Source: Camelus dromedarius
Taxonomy: Eukaryota
Length of the DNA stretch: 64,000 nucleotides
Assembly: GCF_036321535.1 (NCBI RefSeq)
Contig: NC_087436.1
Span: forward strand, 17,422,001 to 17,486,000
Direction: 5' to 3'
This document shows, piece by piece, positions 48,901-61,464 of this stretch. The notes under the pieces are model-generated. The model ran no database searches and was not told the DNA's origin. It worked only from the letters and a program-made list of their open reading frames with translations. The translations under genes were made by a program, and so were the position numbers. Numbering within the stretch: the first letter of the stretch is position 1; each line of letters starts with the position of its first letter.

Positions 48901-50865
48901 CTAGGGCAGTTTTTACTAACACATAAACAATTTCTAAGAGATTTCTAATTTTCTTTAAATGTAAAGGTATTAGAAAAAGTAATGAGTTGACCAACTGCCA
49001 AATTCCTTTTAACCCTTTGATTACAGAACAGAAGCTGTAAACATTATGATTAATGCTGTGATATTGGAGACTCCAGTGAAACAGATCAAGTTCAGTTTTG
49101 CATTAAAAGGACCCTTATCAACTTGAAAGAGTTCATTTTCTCTCCTAAAGAGTGACTTGAGCCCCAGGGAAAATAGGGCTGTGTTAATAGGATTATTTAA
49201 TTTCCCCAATTTTTCTTATTTCTATTTAATATTACCAGTTTCTGTTTCTCTCCTAATTGAACTATGGAAGGAACAACTGCCTTGGCAATAGATCAATATC
49301 TCATTTTTGGAAGTTAATTTTTTTAAAAGAAACTTGGGTTCTTTTAGGGGAAAAGGGCATGATGATACATAATGAAAAATACCATAACCATCCTGGCAAA
49401 TTTTCTATGTGAAATTTCAACAGAATCCATCAATTATAGTAAATGGCCAGTAAAAATGTTCAATCAAAAACTCATTTTAAGATACATTGTTAATGAACTG
49501 TATATAATGATGCTTAATCAAAACTCGACATGATCTCATGGGAGAAAAGTTCCACAGGACCTCAGGAGCACTACTGTTCTGAACAAAAGATAACAATAAA
49601 AGTGTATAATTAATAGCCTACGGTCATGTGGCACTCTCTGGGGAAACTCATTTTCATAACAAACTCTATTGTTTTTCAAAACACAGAAACTGTTCCATAA
49701 GAGCACTAATGCCACAAGCAAGAAATCACCATTTTTCAGGCTGTTTTTACTTGACATGCGACTTTTTATGGTTGTACCACACTAAAGCATATCTAAGATG
49801 CAAAATCAGTGAATGAAGCTGCTGACCACAAAGATGGAAAAAATTCACTTCTGCCTGTATTTTACATCTTCACAATCTAGAAATGACACACCATTAAGGA
49901 AATGATTCCAATAGGATATCTGTATCAGATTAGTCTATATGGAGCATTTATCTCTTCTTGGAGTGACAGTGTAATAGTGATGGATAACACAGGCTACCGT
50001 AAGATCCTGAGATACAAATGAAAACACTCATGGAAAAGTTTAGAGTAAGAAATACAGTAAATCATGAAAGCCACTTTATTAAACATTACCTGAGCTGCTG
50101 TTTTAAAGCTAGTATGTGAGTTTAGATCATTGTCAACCCTCCAACTTCAGTGTATCTATTATTAGTAATAATATTTTGCATCTAATATATATGCAGCCCA
50201 TATATAGACCCCCAAAATATAATTCTATGCCAATTTTATTGACAGGAAAATAAAATAATTAAGGTACACTTGCCAAGAACATATTGGAAGGCATGTGGTC
50301 CTTTTATGAAGGTTATCAATCAGAAACCAGTACTGCAATATTTTACTGTGATAAATTTGGGCTAAAGCCATTGGCTCAAATGCTGATATATAGTTTATTT
50401 TTCATAAATAGGCATATTAAGTATGAGACCTAGTTCTAACCGTGTAAACTAAAATATATTAATGTCCCCTATTTTAGCTGCATCCAAACTCAGAATTAAG
50501 GACATGGTAAAGCCGATGTATGTTTTCAAGCCCATCACTTTAGTTAGAGTCCTGTGATAGTTAATACTCAAAAACTCTGTAAATCAGATGGCCTCTTGAC
50601 CCAACCAGCAAGAAAATCATAGCTGAAGAATGGAAAAAATCTTCCGTTTTTCCATTAAGCCTCATAAGCAATATGAGAATGGTTAGTTAATCATTCTCAG
50701 AATGGTTACTCATGAAAACATTAATACTGGACACATGCAAGCACTTATTCAAAAAGACTCTACATTGAGAGCAGAAAACCATGGACAAACAATTCCAGTG
50801 ACTCTGTATTGTCAAAAACAAAATAAAATGGAACAAACTTAAAAAACAGAATCTGTGATTTCCTC

Positions 50866-51059
50866 CAGGGAAATCTTGATTATATATATGTATATAAATA
50901 TATATATATATTATTTATACATTTAAAATTATTTATACATTTTTATATATATATATATAGAAATTATTTATGCATTTAAATAATTTAGGCTTTCCCTGAG
51001 ATTATCTATAGACAGATAGGTATCTATTATCTACAGATAGTTAATCTCAGGGAAAGCCT
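50866..51059. repeat. AT-rich low-complexity tract plus perfect 18-bp inverted repeat (hairpin)
   Basis: aggctttccctgagatta (50987-51004) is the exact reverse complement of taatctcagggaaagcct (51042-51059). (TA)n and ttattta(t/c)acattt-type repeats lie upstream. Confidence 0.9.
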
Positions 51060-51378
51060 CAGGCTTAATCAAAGGTCTGCAGATAAGGTCCAAACAGATT
51101 GGCAGTAGTTATACTACAGTCAGAACCAGAGAAGGGGAGAGCATGTCTAGGCAAAGACCCAGAAAGACAAGCTGAAGTAACAAAGATTTACTGGTGAACA
51201 CCACCTTTTAATGAACTCCTCATTACTTCCTAGAGGTTCCATTCAGAGAAGGCCATTTCTAACCTAGCTACAAGAAAATGGGTGTGGATCCTTATAAGAG
51301 CCCTATCTCTCCTGTGGATGCCTTCTAAAAGCAGAGTAGGCTCAGGTTTTAGTATAACGTCTCTTCTGAACTGGAGGA

Positions 51379-52148
51379 TGAACCAGTCAGGGTCCAATTA
51401 GGAGACAGAAACTACAGCAGTAATTTAAACAGAAAAATGTAACATACAGAGTTATTAAATAGAGAAAAAGGATTAATACTAAGAGGAGTAAAGAGAATCC
51501 TAAAGATTACTGGAAGAGGAGATGATGGGAGTAGCTGCTACTTCTAAGAATGAGACAGAATATTCAAGAAAGAAACAAACTTGGAAGTCCCCATCCCTCT
51601 CCCCTCAAGGCTAAGAATGAGACCTTGTTGCAGACGGTGTGGCCGCGGCCCACCAGATGACACTGAAGCTCACTGAGGTACCACAGGCTGGGACTGGCAA
51701 GCAGGAAAGAGCCTGCTGGAGTGCCAGAGAAACCTGCTGGGTGGGGGGGCACTGCCGTGGGTGAACGCTAGTGGGTCTCCCTGACTGCACTGTCCAGGAA
51801 GCTGCCCACTGGAGTGCTGGTAATCCTCACCAAGAAGTCACTTGCTGGGGTGCCTGCAAGACTCTCTGAGAAGATGCTGGTCAAAGTGCCAGTAAAACTT
51901 GCTGGAGAATGTGCATCACTTGGTCTCTCACATGAAGGTATCTGCCAGCCACTGCCCTACAGAAGCAAGAAGAAAAGCAACAGAAACAGGAGTGCTTGGA
52001 AGTTCCTCCAGCATCTTCCACTGATAAAGCTTAACATGAAGCTAGGTGGTGAAAGAGAAATCTGTATAGGATCCAGATTCAGTATCAGAAATCAGAACAA
52101 AGGAGAGTGGGTTTGGACTGAGAAAGCAACATATTGATAACTGGCACG
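51379..52148 (-). mobile_element. ERVL solo LTR (LTR50/LTR41 group)
   Basis: Begins 'accagtcagggtccaattaggagacagaaac', ends 'gggtttggactgagaaagcaa...ataactggcac'. Confidence 0.65.
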
Positions 52149-53384
52149 TGAAGATAATGAATCTGGGCAAGAACATTCCAAATCTGTTCTTCTGAACCAT
52201 ATCTTTCCTAATCTTCAGGTTACTGGAGTTATCTTCACTGGAGACAGGACACCAGGACGGCCCACCTTCATGAAATCAAAAGACTAGGGATTGAAACTAG
52301 GAAGATAGTGTAGGGAACAAAAAACACAGCATAAATCTAGAAACAATAGGAAAATTCGTTGTTACCCATAACCTTGATGATACAGAAATGACTCTAAAAG
52401 AAGACATGCCACTCACAGAATGGAGATACTAGGTCTCAGGCGAGAACTAGAGTCAGCATTTGCAGGAAGCTGAGAGAGAGTGTTTGCGCCCTAGGTAAGT
52501 TTTCTTGCCTCACTCTAAACCCAGTTCTGTTAAGTCTATAATTACATGGCTCCCAGTTTGCACATTGTCTCCCAGCAACTGACGTGCGCACGTGTGTGCG
52601 TATTCTATTTGTTGCCTTAATTGCTAAATAACAATCTATGAACTGAGATGCAGAATATAAATATGTGAAAGTGACTAAAAGTTATGCCCCAGTTCTAAAT
52701 TTCAATAGTATTAAAATAGATGACCAAACAACAATTTAAAAAGGAAACTGGATATTAGGTATCAAAATAAGATAGGTAGATTAGCACTGCTGGTTCAGTA
52801 TTCAAGTGTGTAAATTAATTCATTGAGAAGGAGTGTTAACCAATGTTATTGTACTCTGAACACCTAAAGACTGCTGGAAATGAGGCGAGTCATTGGTAAA
52901 AGATTGATAGACTTTTAGTGTTTCCCAGTGCCAGTTCACAGATTCTGAATTTCATAGAGTACAAAGTGTAATGTCAATTGAAGAAGGATGATAGTTTTAA
53001 CTGAAGAATCAGCCTAGGCTTAATTTCAAATCCTACAAGCCAGGAAACATCAAAGTGGACAGACATTGAGTGGTCAATACCCATCTGAGCTATTTTTACA
53101 GGCTTGTTGACCCAAATTCCTCCTCCCCTCCCCAGCTCAGGCTCATTTTCTGGAATATTATTCTAGAGCGTCTTGAACACTGTTATAGCTTTAGTAACTC
53201 AGAACTGAGGGGACAGACGGCTGGAAAGAAGGGGGAAGGGCTCTTGAATCAACATAAATACCTGTGAGCAGCCTGAGGAATTTCCCAAAAGGTGGAAATT
53301 TATCCAGGAAAGGTTAGAAAGATATCTCAGTGAAAGATGGAGTTGATAACAGAGCAGAAAAAGTAGCAAGTGCGAGACATTTTC

Positions 53385-53545
53385 TAGGGCTGGGCTTCAA
53401 AACTTTAAGGCACACGTAAGGGGATCTTGTCAAAATGCAGATCCTGTTGAAGTACACGTGAGGCACAGCCAGAGTCTGCGTTTCTAACAAGGTCCCAGGT
53501 AATGATGATGCCACTTGCTTTGCTGACCATATTTTGAAGAGTATG
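53385..53545. mobile_element. MER5A MITE
   Basis: 'ggggatcttgtcaaaatgcagatcctg...tctgcgtttctaacaaggtcccaggtaatgatgatgc'. Confidence 0.8.
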
Positions 53546-53554
53546 TCTAAAGGG

Positions 53555-53747
53555 CAGTGGTTCTCTACCAGAGGATTCTGGGTAGAGTCTGGAGACATTT
53601 TTGGTCATCTTAACTGGGAAAGTGTTACTGGCATCCCCTGAATAGAAACAAGGATACTGCTAAACATCCTACCATGCACAGGACAGCCCCCACAACAAGG
53701 GATTATCTGGCCCAAAATATCAATGGTGTTGATTTTAAGAAGCCCTG
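53555..53747 (+). mobile_element. MER20 (hAT-Charlie)
   Basis: 'cagtggttctc...gtctggagacatttttggtcatc...tgctaaacatcctaccatgcacaggacagcccccacaacaagggattatctggcccaaaatatcaat'. Confidence 0.9.
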
Positions 53748-54271
53748 TTAGAGAGAACTTTCTCTGAAAGGTTTAACTTTTGAGTGCTTCTCCCTTAGAA
53801 AATGGACAGGGTTTTGGTAAATGTCACATTTAAAGGAGAACTGCACATACTCTTTCTAAGTCACTGCCATATTCTTTAATTTCTCCAAGCTCTTCAGTAA
53901 ACTTATATATTCCCCTGCAACTCTGTCTGGTGATCCACTAGAGGTTAGCAGAAAAAGGGACAATGAAGGAGGCAAGGGCATTCCATAGGTTAAAAAAAAA
54001 TTAGCTCAGAGAAACCAACAAAATAAAACTGCTGGCAGTAACAATGAACAGTGGAGAAAGAAGAGCTTTACAAAGCAGACAGGAGTCCATGAGTTCCAGC
54101 TGAGTGAGAGGTGGCCCCCAGCAGAAAGGAAAGAATTAAGGATGAGTAGGACAGTCCAGGAATTCTGGTCCCAAACTTTCCATTCTTACCAATAGGGAAT
54201 ACTAAGAAATACCTCCTTTTCCCCAGATATTTATGATTTGGAATGCTAAAACGAAATACTAATGAGCTAGG

Positions 54272-54757
54272 CTATTAGTCAGTCAATACTGTGTAGTTTG
54301 TTAATGTCAGTGACCATAATTCATGGTGTGCCAGGTTCAATAATTTTGAATAGGTACACACACATATGTGGGGATATTTGGTGGTTTGATAAGAACGGTG
54401 AGAGGCTGCCTGGAAGCAGCCTAGTGTAGGAGAGAATAACCTTTGTTTTGTTGGAGGTTTACAGGGACACCGTGACCTAGCCCACGGGGATGGCTGCAAG
54501 AACAAAGAATGCCTGCAGCAAGAGGATTACAACAATCAACCACACCCCCTCCCTTATTTTCCCTCCCCCTCCCTTATTTTTTGTATAAAAGGAGCCTGTA
54601 TTCTGACTAGAGCAGGACGGTTCTCCAAGACATTAGTCTGCTATCCTCCGGGTCTGCCGGCTTTCTGAATGAAGTCGCTATTCCTTGCCCCGACACCTCG
54701 TCTCCTGATTTATTGGCCTGTCATGTGGCGAGCAGAATGAGTTTGGACTCGGCAACA
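54272..54757 (+). mobile_element. ERV1 solo LTR, MER41-like
   Basis: TATA 'gtataaaa' and 3' end 'aagtcgctattccttgccccgacacctcgtctcctgatttattggcctgtcatgtggcgagcagaatgagtttggactcggcaaca'. 5' boundary approximate. Confidence 0.8.
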
Positions 54758-56004
54758 CTAGGAAATGGGGGGGGGGGGGTTGATAATAGCAGAGCTGTCC
54801 GGTGTATAGAAGGTATCAGATCCTGAAAGCTACTTATGTCAAAGAGCAGTTAATTTTAGGGTTTCAAGTAGGAAAGACATAATTTTAGATGGGTCAAGGA
54901 TGCATCAGGAAAAAAGTCCGCAGACTTTGCTGGAGAGCCAGAGTAGGGTGAAAAGCTTCTAACAAGAACATCCTTAGGAAGGAAATTCCATTCATGTTTC
55001 CACAAGAGAGGATTTCTCACTCTGCAAATGGTCCAGTTAATAAGTTAAGAACACCTCAACCATTTCCTTCAGAAACAGCCCATGTGACATTAAGTGCAAC
55101 TTCTTCTCCCGTGATACCACACTGGACGGTGACCAAGCAGACAGCCCTCAGTCTCCTCCAAGAGAACCAAGAGTGAATTGCTTTTTAAATCTCATCTGGT
55201 GAACCAGGCAGGAAGTGCAATAAATATGAAATATTTTCATATAACATGTGAAAATGTGCTTCACTCCACTGAGGATATAAATTGGAAAAGAAATTTTCAA
55301 TAAGAAGGTAAGATATAATTAATAAGGAGTGGAATTCTGCATGAAGAAAGAGCTACCAAATTCTGAACATGGTGTCTATAATGGCCACCCTTATCAAAGC
55401 TGGGTTTCAAAAATGAAGGTTTAGGCCAAAGATGGGGTAGCCCCAGCCCCTCACAAGTTCTAACTGGGCAGATAAAACCCACTCTGGGAAATCAGTCACT
55501 GCCTGTCCAGCCGCACTCCCTGACAACACCAGTTCCAGAACCGTAACCATTTAAATGTTCTTATTCACTTGGTACTCCATTGTCTCAGATTTCCCCGTTT
55601 GACCTAGGCTGTCTCTTGTTCCTGCTTTGCAGAGAACCTATCTCTTGACACATTTCCTTGACCTCCGTCAAATCTGGAGCAGTATTCCTTTCAGGATGAC
55701 TCTAATCTGCTCACCAAGCAGGATCACACCCACAGCACTGAGGAGAAGCAGCTTCTGAAAGAGAGTAGTTGTATGGGAGCTTGAAAAAAAGATAACCCAG
55801 ACTTCTCTTGTTTCTTTCTTATGTCACAAATGAAGTGTATCTTGCTACCTTCCTTACACTCATCCAATTCAAGTGTTCATGAAGATGAGAGGGGAAACAA
55901 CAAATACAAAATAAAGTATTAGGACCCCGTCCCTAAACTTCTTCAAGTGCAAATCTATCTGCCTGAAACACCCTCTACTCGACTTCACTTGCCTCCATTT
56001 GTCT

Positions 56005-56440
56005 CAGGCTTTTGAGTCATCTAGACCTGGTGCAACGGGCTAGCTATGTTAGGCAAGTAGCTCACCCTTCTAAGCCTCACCTATAAACTGAGACTAACAG
56101 TGCCTGCCTCATAGAATTATTGAGATGATAACAAGAGTAACTAATGCAAAATGCTTAGCATTGTTCAGGGAACTTAGAAGGCATTGTAGAAATGGATGAA
56201 TGAGAGAATAGCCAAGTAAATTGGCGAGAACTGACAGCATTTACCACCGCGTCTTTAATCTTAAGATTACCAACAAAAATGATGACAAACTACATGTCAA
56301 GCACTGTTCTAAATCCTTTCATCCTCACAACAATGCCAAGAGGTAAGTATTATTAGTATCTTTTAACAGATGAGAAAATAGAAGCACAGAACAGTTGATG
56401 ATTTGCCCAAGGTCAAGTAATTAGTAGATGGTGTTGATAA
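56005..56440. mobile_element. Two MIR SINEs in opposite orientation
   Basis: (+) 'taggcaagtagctcacccttctaagcctca...gtgcctgcctcatagaattattgag'; (-) 'atcctcacaacaatgccaagaggtaagtattatt...cagatgagaaaatagaagcacaga'. Confidence 0.75.
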
Positions 56441-57713
56441 GGAACATTTCTTTAGTATCTGCAGCACACTATACCCTGAGCTAGGTTTTGGGGATAATTC
56501 TTCCCTCCTAAGGCTTACAGTCAGCTTGTTGGATAGAACACAGATGCTCTGTTGTGTCTCTTCATGTCCCCTAGTGCAGAGCTGTTCAAACACTAAGCCA
56601 CAACCAATTTAATATACAGAAGGAAGAGAAAGAGAGGGAGGGAGGAAGGAAGGATGGAAGCAAGCAATGGAATAAATTGGAATGGCATGGGATGGGAAAA
56701 TTAAGATGTGCTGCACATAGTTAGAGTAATCATCGTTTCATGAAATCTTCCATGTGTGTGATGCATCTCCACGTAAAATGTGTTCAGTGTAGGTCAAAAA
56801 ATGTGAAAGTCTCTTCCTTAACTCATCGCACACTGTCTACATTATCCTCCCTGAGGTCCCTGTGGCAACACTCTTCACACAAATGGTGCTCCATGTATCC
56901 AACAAGTAGCCTTTTGTGCTTAAAACACACCTTTACTGGGGGAAAACTAACATCTTGCCACATTTTGCCTTAGTTCCAAAATCCAAAGAGTCATCTAAAG
57001 TTGGCATTGCTGACCAGATGAAAAAGATGCATTGCCACCCTCTAGAAGCCTACCCTCAAGAGCAGATATCCACACAGAATGGCTTGAATTTTGAGGAGGC
57101 TATCAGATTGCTGGAACAGAAAGCAGTGGGCACTCTTTACTGGCCTGCGTGTCATACCCAAGCCTGCTGGGCTGACTCTTGATTTATTCTGTGCATGAAC
57201 ATGGACATGTCTTCCATAGATTATTTGTTCCCTATCAAGAGATGCAGGGAGGAAAAAAAAAACCATATATTTTCAAGTGCTGTGGCTTTCACACGAGGCA
57301 CATTTGTCATAGACATAGGTTTCATCTATAACTCATTGTGAGACCAGAACATGTTTGTTGCAGCCACAGTTATATTCTCTAACAAATTCTCCCAAAGGGC
57401 CCCCCTTTTCTATTTTCTGGCATCAGTGTTCAGGGAGAGAGAGTGAAGTTGTCTCTCTTTTGTCCTAATTGTTTTTTGTAGCCCTATTTAGAGCCATGTC
57501 AGTGCTGCTACTTTCAGGCACTGCCTTTTTCCACACCACTCCCCACTCTCAAGGTGTTTATAGTATATTATTTACCCACAGTAACCAAGGGTGATGCTTA
57601 TTTTCAATTCCAGGACTCATCGCTCCTGCTTCTCCATTTCCAGCCATTACTTTTTTATTCTTTTTGTACCCTGCAGGATCTTATGAAATATAAAGTATAA
57701 TGAAACATTCAAA

Positions 57714-57945
57714 CCGTTGGCATTCCCCGTATGGGTTTTCAGAGAAGCAGCAGCATTCGCTCCCTGTAGCTCTCATTTCGTTAGTTACCTGGGCGCTCAG
57801 ATGACGCTGTCAGAACAGCAAAGCAGATCCACCTGAAACCTATTTTCATCCTTGTCGCCGTCAACGCCATCATCCTACTTCCACTTCCGGGACGGATTAT
57901 ACAAACGCCGGCCTAGCTGCACTAACAGCCCTTCATCCCGAAGCC
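57714..57945 (-). promoter_or_regulatory. CpG-retaining promoter-like element with candidate first exon (donor after 57789)
   Basis: About 14 CpG in ~230 bp in a CpG-poor window. ETS CCGGAAGT (57890-57883) with an adjacent GGAAGT, YY1-type ATGGCG (57870-57865), TGACG half-CRE, donor CAG|GTAACT. Confidence 0.55.
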
Positions 57946-59324
57946 TGCCTCCCTCACTCCTGGAAATGTCCTGGTTCCAGGTCAGCCTTAGAGGGCTGAT
58001 GGGGGTGGGGGAGACAGAGACAGGACGTAGAAAGCCGGGGGTGGGCAGTGGCACAAGGACGGGGACTTAGCTCCCAGGGGCATGTCCTGCATTTATGTTC
58101 TCTCTTTGAAATCCCTGCTGTGACTTGTAGAATTTGCCCCAAAATGAATAAGTTCATAGCAAAATGAGGGTGCATGAACGTGACACTCAAACAACTGGTA
58201 CAAAGATTAAAATGGAAAGTTCCTCCCGTGGGTGTCTTTGCAATGACCTCAAGAACTGGTGCTTGGGGACATTTGGCCTCTCTCTGAGAGCCAAGCCTGG
58301 GTCCTTCTCAAACCAAAAATGCCAGGAAGATAAGGTAGCGATAAGGTAATTTCTCAGAGGCAGGATGGTTTATAGAGTAGAAGAAATATCAGGGGCCAGG
58401 GGACTCCCATGTTCAAGACTTTTTCTACCACTGAATTGTTGTTGCACCTTGAGGACCTTCAGTTCTCCTGGGTGTAAAGGAAGCAGGGACTTTTTTTTAC
58501 TAAAACTCTTAAGATCTCAGCTCTGGTCCCACGGGTCCCAGGCCTCACGGGTCCCAGGCCTCACCCTTGGCTTTCAGTCACAACTCAAATGTCTGCACCC
58601 CTGCCCTGGCCTCACAGCTGCACCCTGCCCCCATCATTTCTCAGAAAAGAAAGCCTCACTTTATTTGCTGCATTCCTGGCCAGTCTGTGGGTAGCAGGGC
58701 TTTCCCGGCAGCCCCCAACTATGTTACAACATTTCATGTGGTGTGTCCGGGTGACCTTCCAGCATTTTCTCCTTCAGGGTGACTTGAGGTGGCCATGAAG
58801 GACTCTGCAGAGGACTATTTCCCTTCAGGACTGGCCCCTCACATCATTTCAGGCAGGACAGGGTCTCCATGCCCACCCCTGTCCTTCGCAGCATTTGAGC
58901 TGCCATCACAGGGTCCCTTGTTACCTGAGAGAGCTCACAACTGGACAGCTCCAGCCAATTTGTCCATCATCATTTTTCCCTGGCCGGAGATGACTGGTAA
59001 CACAGGGCCTGTCTCCAGGATCTTTCAACCAAGCATCTTAAGATTCAGAAATAGTCAGCAGCTGTTTTGTTTTTGTTTTTGTTTTTGTTTTTTTCTAACC
59101 AGGCTGCTGCCAAATCAATGAGAAAAATTGAGGCCAGAGGTGGGGTGGGCAGAGTGAGAAAGAGAACACATCAAGTTGGAGAGGGGGCAGGGGAGAGAGA
59201 GGGGAGCGAGCGTGTGTGCTCTGTCCTACTTGAGTTTCAGTGTTCAGTCCTGCCACTGGTCACATGCAACAGTTCAAGAGAAGGTAGTAGTCTGGGTTTA
59301 CTTCTTGCAACTCAAAGAATCCTA

Positions 59325-60810
59325 AACGAAACATTGTACAGAAGAGACCCTAAAGTCCTCTAGTCTAAAAAGCCACTCAGTGCTTAGAGTTCCTCTGCCA
59401 AGTGTTAGAGTGGATGCCGCTTGTGACAAGGAACTGGCTGCTTCCTAAGGCCACACTCTAATCAACTCCCGTCATTATGATTAAATTATTCGCCTAAACT
59501 GAAGCCTTCCCCACAGCACTTTCCTCTTATTAGCCCGAGAACTACCCCTTAGAAAAAACAAACATACCTTCCAAATGGGAGTTCTTTAAATATTCCAAGC
59601 AAGTTGAAATGACATCTCTTACTTAAGGTGTTAACAGTTTTTGTTTGTTTTTTTCCGCAAGCCTCAAATGTCCAATTTCTTCCTCTCTTCCTCAGAGACT
59701 GCCTGTTTTAAATCCTTTCATCTTCCTGACAAGAGTTTTCTGACTACCAAATGGTATGGAGCCCAGAACTGGACATGATGCTCCCAGGAGGGTCTGAGCA
59801 GGGCAGAAAACGGCAGACTTCAGTCTTCCCTGAGTCCAGGACTATGGCACTCACAAACTTATTGAACTTATTGTTGACTAAAATCCCCCAATTTTTTTTA
59901 TTCGTGTCACAGGTAAGTTGCTACCTCCTCAGCCATGTGCTTATGAAGTTGGCTTTTAGATCCATGTGTCAGATTATAGGCCCTGCCCCTACAAAGTTTC
60001 ATATCAAATTCAGTGGATCAAGAATTGAGAATGATGAAGAAAATGTTCTAGAGAAGGATGGTGGTGATGGTTGCATGACAATGTGAATGTACTTAATGCC
60101 ACCGAACTGTACACTTAAAATTAGCTAAAGGGTAATTAATAGTATTTGTATTATAAATATTTTACCACCATAAAAAATTAAAGAAATTTGAGTATGGACT
60201 GGATATCACAAACTTACGGAATTGCTATTAATTTTCTTAGATGTGATGGTTAGAATTTGAGTGACAGGAGACTATTTTTAGGAGATAAGGAAGTATTCAG
60301 CAGTCAAATTTTATGAAGTCTGCAGCTTGCTTTCAAATTGCTAAAAGAATAAATATTTAGAAAACCAGGTAAAGAAAACCGATAAAATACTAATGTTGTT
60401 CAACCTAAGTACTCCTTAGCTGAGCATTCATTACAGTATTCTTTCAACCTTTTTTAAAAGTGTATGGAATTTTTCTTATTAATAAGTTGGAGAAAACTCA
60501 GCCCAGTATTTTAGTGGGTGAAGATCACTTTAAATTATGAGTCTGTCATTTTTGCTATCCTTCTGGTGTTCACGTGACTACAGATTAAATACATAATACT
60601 GACACATCTTCATTCCTGTCATAAACAGAATTGCTGTGGAGGGCGTGATTGAGGACTTAACAGTGGGTTGGCCACGAAGCGTCTTACTCCAAGCCCACAT
60701 CAGCTCATCTGTCAGTGCCTTTATATATGGTCGTTCAACAAGTCAAGTATTCATTTAATTATCCTAGAACCGCATCGTATTTCTCCATCATTCCACAAGA
60801 ACGTGGAAAT
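59325..60810 (-). mobile_element. L3 (CR1) LINE interrupted by L1 3'-end fragments (~60030-60490, + strand)
   Basis: L3 motifs 'ggagcccagaactggacatgatgctcccaggagggtctgagcagggcaga'. L1MB-like 'aaaatgttctagagaaggatggtggtgatggttgcatgacaatgtgaatgtacttaatgccac'. Confidence 0.7.
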
Positions 60811-61464
60811 GACACACACTGCTAGTTTCTTTGTTGAAGTTCATGTAACTTATGTCTCTGCAAGTGGCCCAGCATCACAGAATGACAAGCCTGAGCTTTG
60901 GAGTCTGACCCCCTCCCTTTCAGTCCTCACTGGGCCACTCAGCAAGCAAGCACAGATAAGCTTAATGATCTGTCTGGACTTTCATTTCAATTGGAACAGG
61001 ATAGAATCGGTTGCAATGACTCATTAGATTTTTGTGCTGGTCTCATACTGCGTCCCAGGCAAGGCGCCACGTGCTAGACAAAGAGCAAAGACTGTGGCCC
61101 GGGGAAGGTGCAGAGTAAGTTGAAGCTCACCTCCCCAGGGCCCTGGTGAGAAGATGATCCTCAGAAGGAGTATATGCTTCACCAGCTCTTCTTTAGCAGA
61201 GAACAAGGTCTTGAGACTGACCAGGGATCTGTGATGAGGAAAAGAAGGATGGAACAGGAAGACCAGACTATGTTGTGTGATGCCCCAGCGACAGGAGAGC
61301 ACCCGAGTCCCAGGGCACAGCCTGCGAGTCTGGGAGTCTGCGATGGTCAGAAGTTACAACAGGAGGGCAGAGAGGTGGGAAGAGCTTTCAAAGAAGCCTG
61401 CACTCACTTCCTAACCAACTCTTAATCTGCCTGAAGCCATCCTTGCCTAAGCACAGCTTAAAAG

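Larger units (their letters stand above)
3921..57900 (-). pseudogene. Candidate decayed multi-exon gene (unitary pseudogene / lncRNA); family unidentified; may continue beyond the window start
   Basis: Chain of minus-strand exon-like segments listed individually, with AG/GT boundaries, mostly compatible phases and disrupted protein-like frames. Promoter-like CpG element at the 5' end. Confidence 0.45.

Noticed and set aside
56916..57182. 88-aa ORF with a helical-looking segment LNFEEAIRLLEQK
   Set aside because: No ATG at the annotated start, no splice support and no recognised family; length within chance range.
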